A stretch of 64,000 nucleotides of DNA, taken from the NCBI GenBank assembly GCA_018817315.1, contig JAHITV010000018.1, forward strand, positions 12,012-76,011, read 5' to 3'. The notes under the pieces are model-generated. The model did not search any database. It had not been told where the DNA came from and saw only the letters and a list, made by a program, of their open reading frames with translations. Shown here in pieces: positions 19,014 through 30,483 of the stretch (positions within the stretch are counted from its first letter, which is position 1; each line of letters begins with the position of its first letter). This DNA comes from Patescibacteria group bacterium. GTDB taxonomy: Bacteria; Patescibacteriota; Patescibacteriia; UBA1558; UBA10009. Made by a program: the position numbers and the translations under genes.

Positions 19014-22000
19014 ATGATAAATTTATCTTCAAAAAGGCAAAAAATAGTTACTATTCTTTTGGCTTTTTTTATCAGTTTTTTGATTTTTAGTAACGTAGCT
19101 GTGCCAAAAATATATGCAGCTATTGATCCTGGCGCCTCTCAGCTTTTAAGTCCGCCTCCTGCGGGCATGCCCGTTGCTGACGTTGCTCTCTATTCCAGAA
19201 GTGTTTGGAAGACCATTTCGGATATGTATAATAAATATTTCCGACAGGCTATTGCCGCAGCATTTAAAACTTCTGCCAAAATTTTCTTAAGTAAAATAGC
19301 TTATGATACAGCTAATTATTTAGCTACCGGAGATGTGGGTCAAAAACCTTTGTATTATACCCAGCCCTGGAAATATTTTATCAAGGATGCTGGCGATGCA
19401 GCATTAGGAGGTTTTTTAGATGAATTAACTAAAGATTTTGGTCGTTTTAATATTTGTGAACCTTCAACTATAAATGTTAAGTTAGCCATACACACTTCCT
19501 TATTTCAAAGCAGGTATCCTATTAAACCTCGCTGTACCTTTAGCGAGATGCAGAAAAACTGGACCAAGTGGCAGCAGGAAGTCCGTCAGGAGCCAGGTAA
19601 ATTTGTCAGAGATTTAAAAGAATCCTTTAATCCCGAAGAAAATGATATAGGAATGTATTTAAGTTTGCATTCTTCTTTGTTAACTGCCCAAGAAGAAGCC
19701 AAGCTTAATGCCTGGTTAGAACGGAGTGTTAATCAGGGCATCAAAGATGTAACCTCGCCTATTACCGGAGCAATTAAAACCCCAGCATTACTATTAGGAG
19801 AGAAATTTGCCACCATGGATGAAAAGACTGGACAGGTTGAATTTACTTATACCGGGGAGATTGTTGATGCTTTTTTAGGGACCTTTACTAACACTTTAAT
19901 GTCTAAATGGATGGATACTTTGTTTAAGAAGGGCTTTAATGTGGCTGAAGAAAGTTCCAGTATTGCCGGCCTATCCAGTGTTTTAAATCAAAGTGGTTAT
20001 AATGTAGAAAGGGCTCAACAGCATTTTGCCAGTTTAGCAGAAGTAAATTTTACCAGCGGTCAGGAAAATGTTTTAAATTTATTAACTTTACCTGCTGTTT
20101 CCATTATTACTGATGCGCCTGCCGGTCCAACCAATGAAGTTATTACTGATCAATTTGCCAGTGCTGTAAGAGAGAAAATAACCTTAAAAGAAGCCATTGA
20201 TAAAGGTTTTATTGATGGGATCAAGCCGGTTGGTTTTGATAATTCAGGTGAACAGCCAAATTATAGGGATGGCTATCCTTACCGCAGTTTAGTGATTTTA
20301 CGTACCCATCGCATTGCACCAGTAGGCTGGGAACTGGCAGCCATGTATCATAAAAAATATGGTGAAACTTCCACAATTAATTTTAATTACTTAATCAATT
20401 GTTATGAGGATCCAACAGATCCAGGTAATCCCTATAAACCTTTTTCTTGCCGCGAAGATACTAATGGTAATGGCATAATCCCAGAAGCTGAAAATAACAG
20501 TAATACCCCGGGTGAAAAAGATTTTAATCCTTATTATCATTTAGTTGATCCTAACTGGGTTTTAAAATCACCAGAAACATACTGTAAACGTAAAGGCCCT
20601 GGTCCGGAAATTGTTAATGATCAAATAGAATGTTTAGCGGATAATGTGAGGGGCACAGCCAATAATCAAACAGATGCAGAGGGCAATGTTATTCAGGTCC
20701 CTATTGATGGGCCTAATTGTCAGGCTGATGTAAATCCGGATTTGCCGGTGCGCGTTGTTCAGCGAAATACTGATTATTGCGGTGATTGGCAAAGTTGTAT
20801 TTTGGAAAACGACGAAGGCAGTTGCGCTGCTTATGGTTATTGTGTAAAAGAAAAACCTATTTGGCATTTTGAGGGAGAACAATGTCCGGCTTATTATAAT
20901 TCCTGTGAAAGTTTTTCAAGCCCCAGTGGTAAACAATATTCTTTTTTAAGAAATACTCTTAAAAACTGCAATCAAAGTGAAGCGGGTTGCGCTTGGTATT
21001 CAACAGCAGCAACACCAGTTTCTGCTACTGAACTTGCTTGGTCGTCGCTGGAAAGAATTTATTTAAACGAAGAGGCACAGTCCTGCGATGGCACTAATGC
21101 CGGCTGTACTAAACTGGGAAGAATGCTACCGGGAATCAACCTGGCTTTTAATGGTAGTTTTAGTGAACCCAGTTCTAATAATTTGCCTTTGGGTTGGCAA
21201 GTAAATCCTGGTGCGCCGGCAAGCTGTAATTATATCCATGACGTTGATACTAAAGAAATGGAAATTAGCGGCAGTTTGGTAAGTGGCCAACATTGTCAAT
21301 TAGACAGTTCCGGTTTTATTCCTCTTAATCCAGAATTTACTTACTCTTTCAGTTATAAAATTAAATCTCCAACGGGAGCAACAGCTTATGTAGGATTAGT
21401 TTATTATGATGCCAATAAAGTTATATGTGGTTCAGGACATGTTGCACCTTGTAATACTCCTTATGGACATGAAATGTTTGACGGTGCTATTAATGTCACC
21501 AGTGGATACACTTATCATCAGTGGGATATTGGCCCTGAAGCCGTTTCTAATGTAGATCTTTTACCCGGAGCAAAATATGTCAAGATTTCCATTAAAGCCC
21601 CGGCAGAATCTGACAGTACAATTTTAATAGATGATATACAGTTTGCCATAGTTAAATCACCTGTTTTAAGTCATAATTTAGAAAATTTTACCATTAATCC
21701 AGAAACTTACCGTTTTGATTACAGTTTAGGGCAAGCTTTTAATTCTTATCTTAAGGTACCGCCTGATTATTTAGATTGCGAAAGCGGGAACAGCGCTTAT
21801 TGTGATAATTATGCTGATGTTTGTCTGCCAGAAGAAGTTGGTTGTCAGGGTTATACTCCTTTGGTCGGCGGTCCAGAAATTCCAGCTAAAACTTCCCCTG
21901 CGGACGTATGTCCTGCTGAATGTAATGGCTATGAGAGTTATTTGCAATTAGTTAATTATTTTGAAGAAATAGAAGATCCCGTAGCTGAACCGATTTATCA

Positions 22001-25000
22001 ATACTTTATTCCCCAGACTGCCACTGAATGCCCGTTACAGGATGTAGGCTGTGAACAGTTCACTAATCTTGACGAAGTAGCGCAAGGCGGTGAAGGGATT
22101 GAGTATTTTACTTATCTTAGGCAGTGTATTTCTGCTAACAGTGGAAACATTCAAGCTTATTTTACTTGGGAAGGATCAGATACTACCGGTTATCAATTAA
22201 AGAAATGGGAGCTCTTAAGAAGTGGTACTAATGCTCCTTGTACTAATATTATAGTAGGTACAGAACAGTGTCAGGATGCTGCTTTTGGTGCTAAAACCTG
22301 TGGGCCGGAAACACCCAGTAATCCTGATGATGATCCGGAAGTTGATCCTAACTGCCGCGATTTTATAGATGCCAGCGGTAATCATTATTTTCGTTTACAA
22401 CAATATTTAATTACTGCTTCGGGTGAATGTCATCCTTACCGCCGTACCGCTACTGGACAGATTTACAATGCTGATCCTTATGAAGGCAAAACCTGCGCTT
22501 CCAGTTCTAACAATTGCCGGGAATATAAAGGTAATATCGGCAATAATGTCCGTAATTTAATTAATGTTGATTTTGAAGACGGTACAGTTGGTAATTTCAC
22601 TAATACTAATGGTTCAACTGCTGGACTAGTAATCAGCAATGAATCAGTTTATCAGTCCGGGCATTCATTAAAGGTTGGTGTTTCTAATGACACTATTGTT
22701 TATCCTTTATCTGGACAGCTTAAAATTAATAGACAGTATAAATTATCTTTTTGGGCAAAGAAGGTGGATATTGGAGCGGGTAATAAGGCAAGTATGGTTT
22801 CTAAGAGTGATAATTCCAAATTCAGATTAGTGGATTTGTTTACCAAAAAAACCAAAGCTCAACCTATGGTTACCATCCTTAGTTTTTCGCAAATAGGCCT
22901 GACTGATGAATGGCAGCTTTATTCTTTGGGTCCGGTGGAGCTGGAAAGTGTTCAACCAGACTCTCAAATGGAATTGACAATTAACGGCTTAACTCCGGCT
23001 GAAGGATTTTATATTGATAACATCATTTTACAGGAATTCATGTCTAATTTTTATGTAATCCGTGATTCCTGGAACACACCTTTATCTTGTGATGAGCCGT
23101 TTGTGGGCGCGCAATTAGGATGTTCAGCTTATCGTGACCGGCAAAATACCATTAATTACCTTAAATCATTTGATTATATTTGTTCTCTTTCCCGCGTTGG
23201 TTGTGAAGCATTCGTTACCACTCAAAATTCTTCCTTAAGTCAGGCAGAACAGACATACTTTGCCACCTGCGATAATTATGTAGGTGAAATAGGAAGTGGT
23301 GCCTGTAGTAATCCTGCTATTCCAGGTAGCGGCAGTTGTTGTACTATCCGAGGCGTGGAAAAATGTAATGTGCCAGGCGGTCAGGATTTTTGCCAGTATG
23401 AAAATATCACTGTACCTAATGATGAACTAATATATTTGATTAATGATGCTGAAAAAACTTGCAATAGCGGTCAAAAAGGTTGTGAAATGATGGGTTCACC
23501 GACACTGGATAGAAGCAATGATTATTTCAGCGGCGGTGATTATGATGATTATTTGGATAATTATATTCAGGGTTATACCACTGCTTATATGATCAATGAT
23601 CCTGATCAATACAGTTCGCAGCTTTGCAGTGAAAGCGGTTTGTTTTGTACTACTTTAACCGGCGAGTTAACCGGCACTAATTATTATTTTGATCCTTATT
23701 CTTTAGGGACAACCGGAGATGACGGAAGTACTGTTGGTTTGACCTGTTATTATGATAGTAGTGCCGGCATCTGGAGAAAAAGTGTTGATGATCAGCCGTG
23801 CAGCGCTACAGAATTTATGTCCATGGTCGGTCAGGAAGATTATGAGGGCTGGGTAGGCTTATGCAGCTCGGCTTATTCCACTTGTACAGAATACCGCGAT
23901 CCTGAACAGCCGGCTTTTGATAAAGCCCAAGAATGCGATGCTACTATTACGCCGCAGATGCGCGGTATTTGTGGTGATGGAGATCATGATGAATCAATAG
24001 TTACGGTTAATGGCAGGAAGTATTGCCAGAAGATAATTAATGGTATTTCGCATAAAGTTTGTCAGATAAGGACTGTTGGAGGTGTGGATGTTCCGTGTCC
24101 TTATACAGAATATGATTGGATTTGTGCTGATTCAGCTATACCCCCAGGAGGTTATTTCTGTAAAGTTCCCGGAACAAGTAAAAATGCTTGTTATGTTGGG
24201 CAGGGGCAGTCTTTATGTTTTTATTCTTTAGCGTGTCAGTCTTACTATTATAAAGCAAAGTCAGTTAAAACCTGTGAAAGCGGCATTGTAGATAGAGAAG
24301 CTGGCTGTTTGCTGTTTAATGATACAAGCAATCCTAATTTAACTTTAAGCAGTAATCTAACAGCTGATGGTCAGTCGCCGCAATCGCCGGTAGCAGGTTG
24401 TAGCAGTGATTATAACAGTGCGGATAATTGTGATGCTAATACTTCTTCTCCCCTTAAAGTAAGAAGAGACCGAGAATGCGCCGAAACACTTTTCTGCACT
24501 TCTTCGGTAGAAGTGACTGATGATCAGGGCAATGCTTCCAGAATTTGTTTAGGCGTTGGTCGCTGTAAAAAAGTAGATCCAGACAATCCTTATAATTGTT
24601 TGGAAATATCTGCCAGTCCAGTTTTGGAAGAACAAACATATTCTTTTAATTTGGCTAATACTTCCGAAGGGGTAGATAGTATCCGTTATCTTTCTGGTTA
24701 TTCTAAAGCAGGGTTGATTTGGAATGATGTGAATGATAATAGAGAAGAGGATGATCTCAAGGATAAAATCATTAAAGGATATTATCCGCCTGAACAGATG
24801 TATCAGCTGGGAGATGATTTAGCAATTAATAATGGCGGCTTTGAAAACACCGGCAATACTGTTGCAGATATCTTGGACTGGTCATTTTTAACAACACCAG
24901 TAGGCAACTGCAGTTATGGTTTGGATAATAACAATCCTTACACCGGCACTTACAGTTTACGTACCCGTCTTAATCAGGACAGTAATTACTGTAATGCTAC

Positions 25001-27326
25001 TAACGGTTTATATAATATTAATCCCGGTAAAAGTTATATTTTCTCTTTTTATGCCCGTTCAGAAAATGGCGCCCAGCGCATCAGGCCAGAAGTACAGTTT
25101 TTTACTGCCAGCGGAGGTTTTATTTCTGCCGCCAGAATAGATGTGTTTCCGTCCCAGCAATGGACATATTACTCCATTATTTTAGGGCCAGACGACGTTA
25201 ATATTCCCAATAATACCCGGAAAGTTAAAATTGCTTTACTTGGTCCGCATTCTGGTGATGGTATTGATAGTAAAGGGGATATCGGTAATGTTTGGTTTGA
25301 TGAAGTGCAGTTTAAGCCAGCTTTAAAAACCGCAGAAAAACAATTGGCAGTTAAAGAGTGTCGTTTGTATCCAGAAGATGATGCTTTGGCTTGCGAATAT
25401 ACAGATTATCAAACTCATCGTGGTTGGTATGGTTATTGCTTGGAGCATGATCCTAAAAATTCTTCGGCCTGTTTGCAATGGTATCCAGTAGATAGCATTG
25501 CCGGAGCATCTTTAGTGACTTTAGGACAAAGCGCTATTGGTTATGATAATCGTTTACCTTTGTATTATTGTTTGCAAAGTGGCGGTAAATATGAAATTGG
25601 TAAAGTCAGTTCACCTAATACAGGATATCTTACCAGCGGTTACAAAATTCAGTCGCATAAAGCTTATTCGCATGAGAATTGTTCAGATTGTCCTCAATGT
25701 GATGCTGGTAATTTTCCGTCTGGTGCACCTGGCCATAATTTTTATTTCTGTGAAGATTCTCATAATTTTACTGACCCAGTAATTACACTGAATTCAGGGG
25801 ATGCTGATTATAAAAATTTTACTGTTGATGATGTTGCTAAAATTACAGTAGATGTGGTTTATCAAGGCGGTGGCTGGTTACCGCCAGGAGAACATAAATT
25901 AAGCGGTCCAAGTTCTGTTACTAATCCTTCTGGTATTCCAGCTGGAAATTATTATAAATTTGTTTATGAACATAATTATCCTCCTCCAGGTGATAATGGC
26001 ACTAACAGTTATAAGGTTGATTTATACTTTGTAGATAGTTTGAGCTCTCCTGATAATAAAAGATTAAAATATATTTATTTCTATTTTAACGATAATACCA
26101 GCGAGAGCGGCGGTGCGACTTTTGATCTTTATTATTATTTGCGTGAACCTTGTCCTTATATTGCTAAGGCAGTCAGAGGAGCTGATGAAGGAGGCAATAT
26201 CAAAGAAAAATCTTGGTATACCCGTTATAAATATGGCTGGAGCACTAGTGCTGGCAATGCCATGGGTTATAACAAAGAAATGACAGAAGATCCTTATGGC
26301 AGTTCACCTGTTTCTGGTACTAATCCAGCTGCTTGGACAGGTCAATACACGCCTTTAACTATTTACCGGGGAGATCCTAGAAATTCAGAAATTAGTGCTC
26401 ATAATTTTTCGGGTATGCCTTTTACTGTGCCGCAAAACACCACTTATCCTCAACGAGTTTGTGTAGGCGGACCTTTGGATAACCAGCCTTGTTTAGATTC
26501 TTATTTAAGCGATGACAGTGATAATGATTGTTATGAAAAAGGCTGTTCCAGTCCTCCTTGTGGCGGAGTGTGCATGGGTGTGGGCAAATACTGCTACAGT
26601 AATCAAACATTTTTAACTAACGGAGATACTTGCAATTCTAATGCAGATTGTTTTGGCGAATATCCTTTTTGCCGCGCACCTAGTTTAACCGTTAATAATG
26701 CACCGCAAGAAGGTTTGCTTCGTTTGCAGCAGTTGTATGCTGATATTTATGGTATCTGGGAATTTGACGAACAGTCTGGTAGATATGATTTGTTATGTTC
26801 AAAAAGTAATCCACTAGCATGTAGTTTAGGCGATACTAATATAGCTGATACTACTGGTACTGCTCCATATATTGGTAATATTAAACTTAATGGTCATACT
26901 GGTGACGTTGATTTAACTGCGCCTGGCGGAGTAGTAAATTTAAGCTTTACTACAGATTTGGATAATGACCACATGCCTTTGGAAAGCGTGGGTATTAACT
27001 GGATGGATGGCGGCGGTGAAGATACTTATGATGTTTCCATGAGTGAACAGCCTGCTGATTCTAATCCTCACCGTTTAGCTCATTTTTACGGCTGCGTGCC
27101 TAACAGTGAAGGAGATCATTGTGTTTTCTGCTGGGATGCCGCTACTAATAGCTGGATAGATTCGTATGATGGCAGCTGTACTTATCAAGGTCCTTGGATA
27201 ACTGTGCAGGATCATTGGGAATGGTGCCCTGATGGTTATCAGGGAGATGATTATACTTGCGATCCTAGATCAAATGGCATCCAATATTTGGGAGGCAGAA
27301 TTCATATTAATCCGCGAACTTTTTAA
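19014..27326 (+). CDS. Giant (2770 aa) secreted Cys-rich surface protein with CBM4/9-like domains
   Basis: N-terminal TM/signal, many C..(V/A)GC..Y modules, and three 'NL..N.(G/D)F(E/S)' galactose-binding-like domain starts. Confidence 0.75.
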   Translation: MINLSSKRQKIVTILLAFFISFLIFSNVAVPKIYAAIDPGASQLLSPPPAGMPVADVALYSRSVWKTISDMYNKYFRQAIAAAFKTSAKIFLSKIAYDTANYLATGDVGQKPLYYTQPWKYFIKDAGDAALGGFLDELTKDFGRFNICEPSTINVKLAIHTSLFQSRYPIKPRCTFSEMQKNWTKWQQEVRQEPGKFVRDLKESFNPEENDIGMYLSLHSSLLTAQEEAKLNAWLERSVNQGIKDVTSPITGAIKTPALLLGEKFATMDEKTGQVEFTYTGEIVDAFLGTFTNTLMSKWMDTLFKKGFNVAEESSSIAGLSSVLNQSGYNVERAQQHFASLAEVNFTSGQENVLNLLTLPAVSIITDAPAGPTNEVITDQFASAVREKITLKEAIDKGFIDGIKPVGFDNSGEQPNYRDGYPYRSLVILRTHRIAPVGWELAAMYHKKYGETSTINFNYLINCYEDPTDPGNPYKPFSCREDTNGNGIIPEAENNSNTPGEKDFNPYYHLVDPNWVLKSPETYCKRKGPGPEIVNDQIECLADNVRGTANNQTDAEGNVIQVPIDGPNCQADVNPDLPVRVVQRNTDYCGDWQSCILENDEGSCAAYGYCVKEKPIWHFEGEQCPAYYNSCESFSSPSGKQYSFLRNTLKNCNQSEAGCAWYSTAATPVSATELAWSSLERIYLNEEAQSCDGTNAGCTKLGRMLPGINLAFNGSFSEPSSNNLPLGWQVNPGAPASCNYIHDVDTKEMEISGSLVSGQHCQLDSSGFIPLNPEFTYSFSYKIKSPTGATAYVGLVYYDANKVICGSGHVAPCNTPYGHEMFDGAINVTSGYTYHQWDIGPEAVSNVDLLPGAKYVKISIKAPAESDSTILIDDIQFAIVKSPVLSHNLENFTINPETYRFDYSLGQAFNSYLKVPPDYLDCESGNSAYCDNYADVCLPEEVGCQGYTPLVGGPEIPAKTSPADVCPAECNGYESYLQLVNYFEEIEDPVAEPIYQYFIPQTATECPLQDVGCEQFTNLDEVAQGGEGIEYFTYLRQCISANSGNIQAYFTWEGSDTTGYQLKKWELLRSGTNAPCTNIIVGTEQCQDAAFGAKTCGPETPSNPDDDPEVDPNCRDFIDASGNHYFRLQQYLITASGECHPYRRTATGQIYNADPYEGKTCASSSNNCREYKGNIGNNVRNLINVDFEDGTVGNFTNTNGSTAGLVISNESVYQSGHSLKVGVSNDTIVYPLSGQLKINRQYKLSFWAKKVDIGAGNKASMVSKSDNSKFRLVDLFTKKTKAQPMVTILSFSQIGLTDEWQLYSLGPVELESVQPDSQMELTINGLTPAEGFYIDNIILQEFMSNFYVIRDSWNTPLSCDEPFVGAQLGCSAYRDRQNTINYLKSFDYICSLSRVGCEAFVTTQNSSLSQAEQTYFATCDNYVGEIGSGACSNPAIPGSGSCCTIRGVEKCNVPGGQDFCQYENITVPNDELIYLINDAEKTCNSGQKGCEMMGSPTLDRSNDYFSGGDYDDYLDNYIQGYTTAYMINDPDQYSSQLCSESGLFCTTLTGELTGTNYYFDPYSLGTTGDDGSTVGLTCYYDSSAGIWRKSVDDQPCSATEFMSMVGQEDYEGWVGLCSSAYSTCTEYRDPEQPAFDKAQECDATITPQMRGICGDGDHDESIVTVNGRKYCQKIINGISHKVCQIRTVGGVDVPCPYTEYDWICADSAIPPGGYFCKVPGTSKNACYVGQGQSLCFYSLACQSYYYKAKSVKTCESGIVDREAGCLLFNDTSNPNLTLSSNLTADGQSPQSPVAGCSSDYNSADNCDANTSSPLKVRRDRECAETLFCTSSVEVTDDQGNASRICLGVGRCKKVDPDNPYNCLEISASPVLEEQTYSFNLANTSEGVDSIRYLSGYSKAGLIWNDVNDNREEDDLKDKIIKGYYPPEQMYQLGDDLAINNGGFENTGNTVADILDWSFLTTPVGNCSYGLDNNNPYTGTYSLRTRLNQDSNYCNATNGLYNINPGKSYIFSFYARSENGAQRIRPEVQFFTASGGFISAARIDVFPSQQWTYYSIILGPDDVNIPNNTRKVKIALLGPHSGDGIDSKGDIGNVWFDEVQFKPALKTAEKQLAVKECRLYPEDDALACEYTDYQTHRGWYGYCLEHDPKNSSACLQWYPVDSIAGASLVTLGQSAIGYDNRLPLYYCLQSGGKYEIGKVSSPNTGYLTSGYKIQSHKAYSHENCSDCPQCDAGNFPSGAPGHNFYFCEDSHNFTDPVITLNSGDADYKNFTVDDVAKITVDVVYQGGGWLPPGEHKLSGPSSVTNPSGIPAGNYYKFVYEHNYPPPGDNGTNSYKVDLYFVDSLSSPDNKRLKYIYFYFNDNTSESGGATFDLYYYLREPCPYIAKAVRGADEGGNIKEKSWYTRYKYGWSTSAGNAMGYNKEMTEDPYGSSPVSGTNPAAWTGQYTPLTIYRGDPRNSEISAHNFSGMPFTVPQNTTYPQRVCVGGPLDNQPCLDSYLSDDSDNDCYEKGCSSPPCGGVCMGVGKYCYSNQTFLTNGDTCNSNADCFGEYPFCRAPSLTVNNAPQEGLLRLQQLYADIYGIWEFDEQSGRYDLLCSKSNPLACSLGDTNIADTTGTAPYIGNIKLNGHTGDVDLTAPGGVVNLSFTTDLDNDHMPLESVGINWMDGGGEDTYDVSMSEQPADSNPHRLAHFYGCVPNSEGDHCVFCWDAATNSWIDSYDGSCTYQGPWITVQDHWEWCPDGYQGDDYTCDPRSNGIQYLGGRIHINPRTF

Positions 27327-30300
27327 ATGAATTTTTTAAAGTTACAATTAAAATTTTTGCCTAAAAAAAAGATATTTTTAATTCTGTTCAGTTTAGTAGT
27401 TATGGTAATTTTCTTGGGGTTTGCCACAAATTTTAGTTTTGCCCAAGAAACATTACCGGAAGCATATGATAAAGCTGATTTTGGGCGATTAAGTTCAGAG
27501 ATAGGATGGTTTGCGGCAATTATCGGCTCGTTTTTGTTATGGATTGTCGGTCTTTTAGCAGGAATATTGTTATGGTTAATGGATTTAGTAGTATCTATCT
27601 TTCAGTATAATGATTTTATCCATGCCCAAGCAGTGGAGATTGGCTGGCCTTTGGTAAGAGATCTTTGCAACATGTTTTTTGTGGTAATAATTTTGGTTAT
27701 TGCCTTTTCCACTATTTTGCGGATTTCCACTTACCATTACCGGAGTACTTTGCTTAAACTGGTGATTATGGCCATTCTTATTAATTTTTCCAAAACTATT
27801 TTAGGATTTGTTATTGATTTTGCCCAGGTGATTATGCTGACTTTTGTTAATGGTTTTAGGGAAGCGGCTTTACTTAATCTAGAAAAATCTTTTGGCATTA
27901 GCAGTTGGCTTAGTATAGGAGAAGTAGCTCCGAACAAAGGACTTTCCTGGGCAGCGGTTATAGGGGCTTTGTTATTGTCAGTGATTTTGGCGGTAGTGGC
28001 AATTTTTACTATGCTGGTGTATTTGGTTTTACTGTTACAACGTATTATAACTTTGTGGATTTTAGTAATTATTTCTCCTATTGCTTTTTTGGGCACTGCT
28101 TTCCCTGCTTTGGCAAAATTTACCTCCCAATTTTGGCAGAGATTTTGGCAAATGATAACTTTGGGAATAACCATGGCTTTTTTTATGTGGCTTTCTTTAA
28201 CTGTATTATCCATGGCAGGCAGTAGTAATAGAAATTTAGCAGATGAATTTGAGGCTTCAAAAAGATACGAACAAATTAGCGGAGCTAAGCCCACTTATCA
28301 AATTACGGCCAGCAAGGTAAGTGACAGCGAACAGATGTTTGTGTTTGTTGTAGCTATAGCTTTATTGTTATTGGGTTTACAGTTTGCCGGTGAAGCCAGT
28401 GGCGTAGCTGGTAAATTTGCCGGCGCTGTTAGCGGTAAACTTTCTAGTTTTGGTGCCAAAGCAGCTAAACTGCCGTTTAAAGGCGCCTGGGGTTTGGCGA
28501 AAGAAGGAACTGATTTGCTTTATGAAAAAACAGGTTGGATGGATTTGAATATGAAAAGAAACTGGGAAAAATTTCAAACAGTTATGGGAGGCAGGAAAGG
28601 TAAACAGTTGCAAAAAGGTTTACAAAAGTCCATAGAAAGAGCTAGGGAAGGCGGTTTTATTAGTTCTCGTTTAGCGGCTTTAACTGGAGGCGTAGGCGAT
28701 CATTTTGATAATTATGGTTGGTGGAAAGGTATAGGTAGATTAACACGTCCTGGTTTAATGGGACGGAGAGCTAAAGAAAGAGGAGAAGAAAAAGAAAAAG
28801 AAGCTGAAAAACCAGCAGAAGAAGCAACTACTCTTTCAAAACTTGCTAAATATGGCGGCGTCAATGAAAGTTATTTAGCTAAAGGCATGGAGGATATAGC
28901 AACGCACAGAGCATGGTTAGAAAAAGAAAGAGAGAAGATAGAATCCGAAGGAGGAGATACAACCGAGATTGAAAATAGTTTAAGACAATTGGAAAATGAA
29001 GGATATATTTTACAGGCACATTTAGTTTTAAAGGATGTGGATCTTAATGAAGCAACATCAGAAGAGGTTTATAATAAATTAGAGGAGGAAAAAAGCAAGA
29101 TTGAGACGGAGTATAAAGATAATAATTCAACAATTAAAAGAATTGATGAGCAAATTAAGGAACTTGAGGAAAAGAAAAAAGAAAAAGAAGAAAAAGGACA
29201 AGAGTGGAAAGCTATTGAGCAAGAAAAATTAGAAAATTTTCAGTCAAAAAGATTAGAACTAACACAAAGACAAGATACTTTAAATAGGACTAAAATAGGA
29301 ATAGGAACATTAGGGAATGATCCTGAGAAAATAAAAGAGGCGCTTGATAAAAAAGCTTCTAAACATGGAGATGAAAATATAAGAAGAGTAAGTGCTCGTA
29401 GAAAAGCGTTGCAGAAAGCTATAGATGAAAAGAAAATTGATCCGTCAAGTGTTGGACGAGCTAAAAAACAGCTAGTAGACATGGATGCCGAGTTAGTATT
29501 CTTGAATGAACAAAGAAAATTAAAACGTTATGTTTCAAAGGATCAAAAGGATGAATGGTCCGAACAAGCTGAAGAAAAAGATAAAAAAGCAAGAAGATTA
29601 AGAGGTAAGGCAGCTAAGATAAGACCAGTTGTTGGTTTTGAAGCGCAAAGAGCCAGGCGCGCTTTAGAAGCAGAAGAATTAAAAAAGATAGCTGATGTAG
29701 AAGAACAGTCAGAACAAAACAGTCTTTTAGAGGAAGCAATAGCCAGGAAAGATAAACCTAGAATTGCCGCTATTATGAAAAAGATGGCGGCTACTAGTAA
29801 TGATAATGAATTTTTAAATCATTTTGGTTATGACTCTGGCTTTAATGGTTTTAAGGAATTTTTTGAAAAAGAAATAAAAGACAGAGCTGGTTTTAGTGAA
29901 CAGGAAATGTTGGCTACAGCTAATGACATTGCTTATATTAATGAGTCAGTAAAACACTGGAACACTGCCAGAATGTGCGCTATGGATAAGGGTAAATGGC
30001 GTTGGCATACTGAACCAGAGCATGTAATGAATGCCGGTACAGAAACCAGTAAACTTACAGAAAGGCAAGTAGTGACTTTTAATCGTTTAGGTTTTGGCGG
30101 AGAAGACCCCAGAACTGGCAAATATAAAATGGATGGGTTAGGCAAATTTATGGTAAGAACACATGGTTCGGCCTGGCTTGATAATCCCCGTTTAATTTTG
30201 GAGCAGGCTAATAGCAGCATGGTGCAAAAGTTGTTGGAATCAGAGCATAATTACGGGCAACTTACTCAAGCTTTGGCAGGTATGATGTATAAGGTTAAAA

Positions 30301-30455
30301 AGAATAGTGAATTTGCCGGTCATAAGGAAGGAGAAACAGTAAAAATGATAGACGCAATAACGCATTTATTCAACCAAAGAATGACCTCTCTTGCCAAAAA
30401 ATCAACATCCGAGATTACAGAGGAAGTGATGGAAAATATGGGACGTGAATCATAG
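27327..30455 (+). CDS. VirB6/TrbL-like polytopic membrane protein with long charged coiled-coil C-terminus
   Basis: 'GWPLVRDLCNMFF..LINFSK..IDFAQ' and 'RIITLWILVIISPIAF'; ATG abuts the stop of the giant gene. Confidence 0.7.
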   Translation: MNFLKLQLKFLPKKKIFLILFSLVVMVIFLGFATNFSFAQETLPEAYDKADFGRLSSEIGWFAAIIGSFLLWIVGLLAGILLWLMDLVVSIFQYNDFIHAQAVEIGWPLVRDLCNMFFVVIILVIAFSTILRISTYHYRSTLLKLVIMAILINFSKTILGFVIDFAQVIMLTFVNGFREAALLNLEKSFGISSWLSIGEVAPNKGLSWAAVIGALLLSVILAVVAIFTMLVYLVLLLQRIITLWILVIISPIAFLGTAFPALAKFTSQFWQRFWQMITLGITMAFFMWLSLTVLSMAGSSNRNLADEFEASKRYEQISGAKPTYQITASKVSDSEQMFVFVVAIALLLLGLQFAGEASGVAGKFAGAVSGKLSSFGAKAAKLPFKGAWGLAKEGTDLLYEKTGWMDLNMKRNWEKFQTVMGGRKGKQLQKGLQKSIERAREGGFISSRLAALTGGVGDHFDNYGWWKGIGRLTRPGLMGRRAKERGEEKEKEAEKPAEEATTLSKLAKYGGVNESYLAKGMEDIATHRAWLEKEREKIESEGGDTTEIENSLRQLENEGYILQAHLVLKDVDLNEATSEEVYNKLEEEKSKIETEYKDNNSTIKRIDEQIKELEEKKKEKEEKGQEWKAIEQEKLENFQSKRLELTQRQDTLNRTKIGIGTLGNDPEKIKEALDKKASKHGDENIRRVSARRKALQKAIDEKKIDPSSVGRAKKQLVDMDAELVFLNEQRKLKRYVSKDQKDEWSEQAEEKDKKARRLRGKAAKIRPVVGFEAQRARRALEAEELKKIADVEEQSEQNSLLEEAIARKDKPRIAAIMKKMAATSNDNEFLNHFGYDSGFNGFKEFFEKEIKDRAGFSEQEMLATANDIAYINESVKHWNTARMCAMDKGKWRWHTEPEHVMNAGTETSKLTERQVVTFNRLGFGGEDPRTGKYKMDGLGKFMVRTHGSAWLDNPRLILEQANSSMVQKLLESEHNYGQLTQALAGMMYKVKKNSEFAGHKEGETVKMIDAITHLFNQRMTSLAKKSTSEITEEVMENMGRES

Positions 30456-30483
30456 TTGAAATTTTTAATAATTTAAGCACAGT

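Noticed and set aside
1797-30220. Short overlapping ORFs inside nrdJ, leuS, the giant gene and the VirB6-like gene
   Set aside because: They lie inside long well-supported CDSs and show no recognisable motifs.
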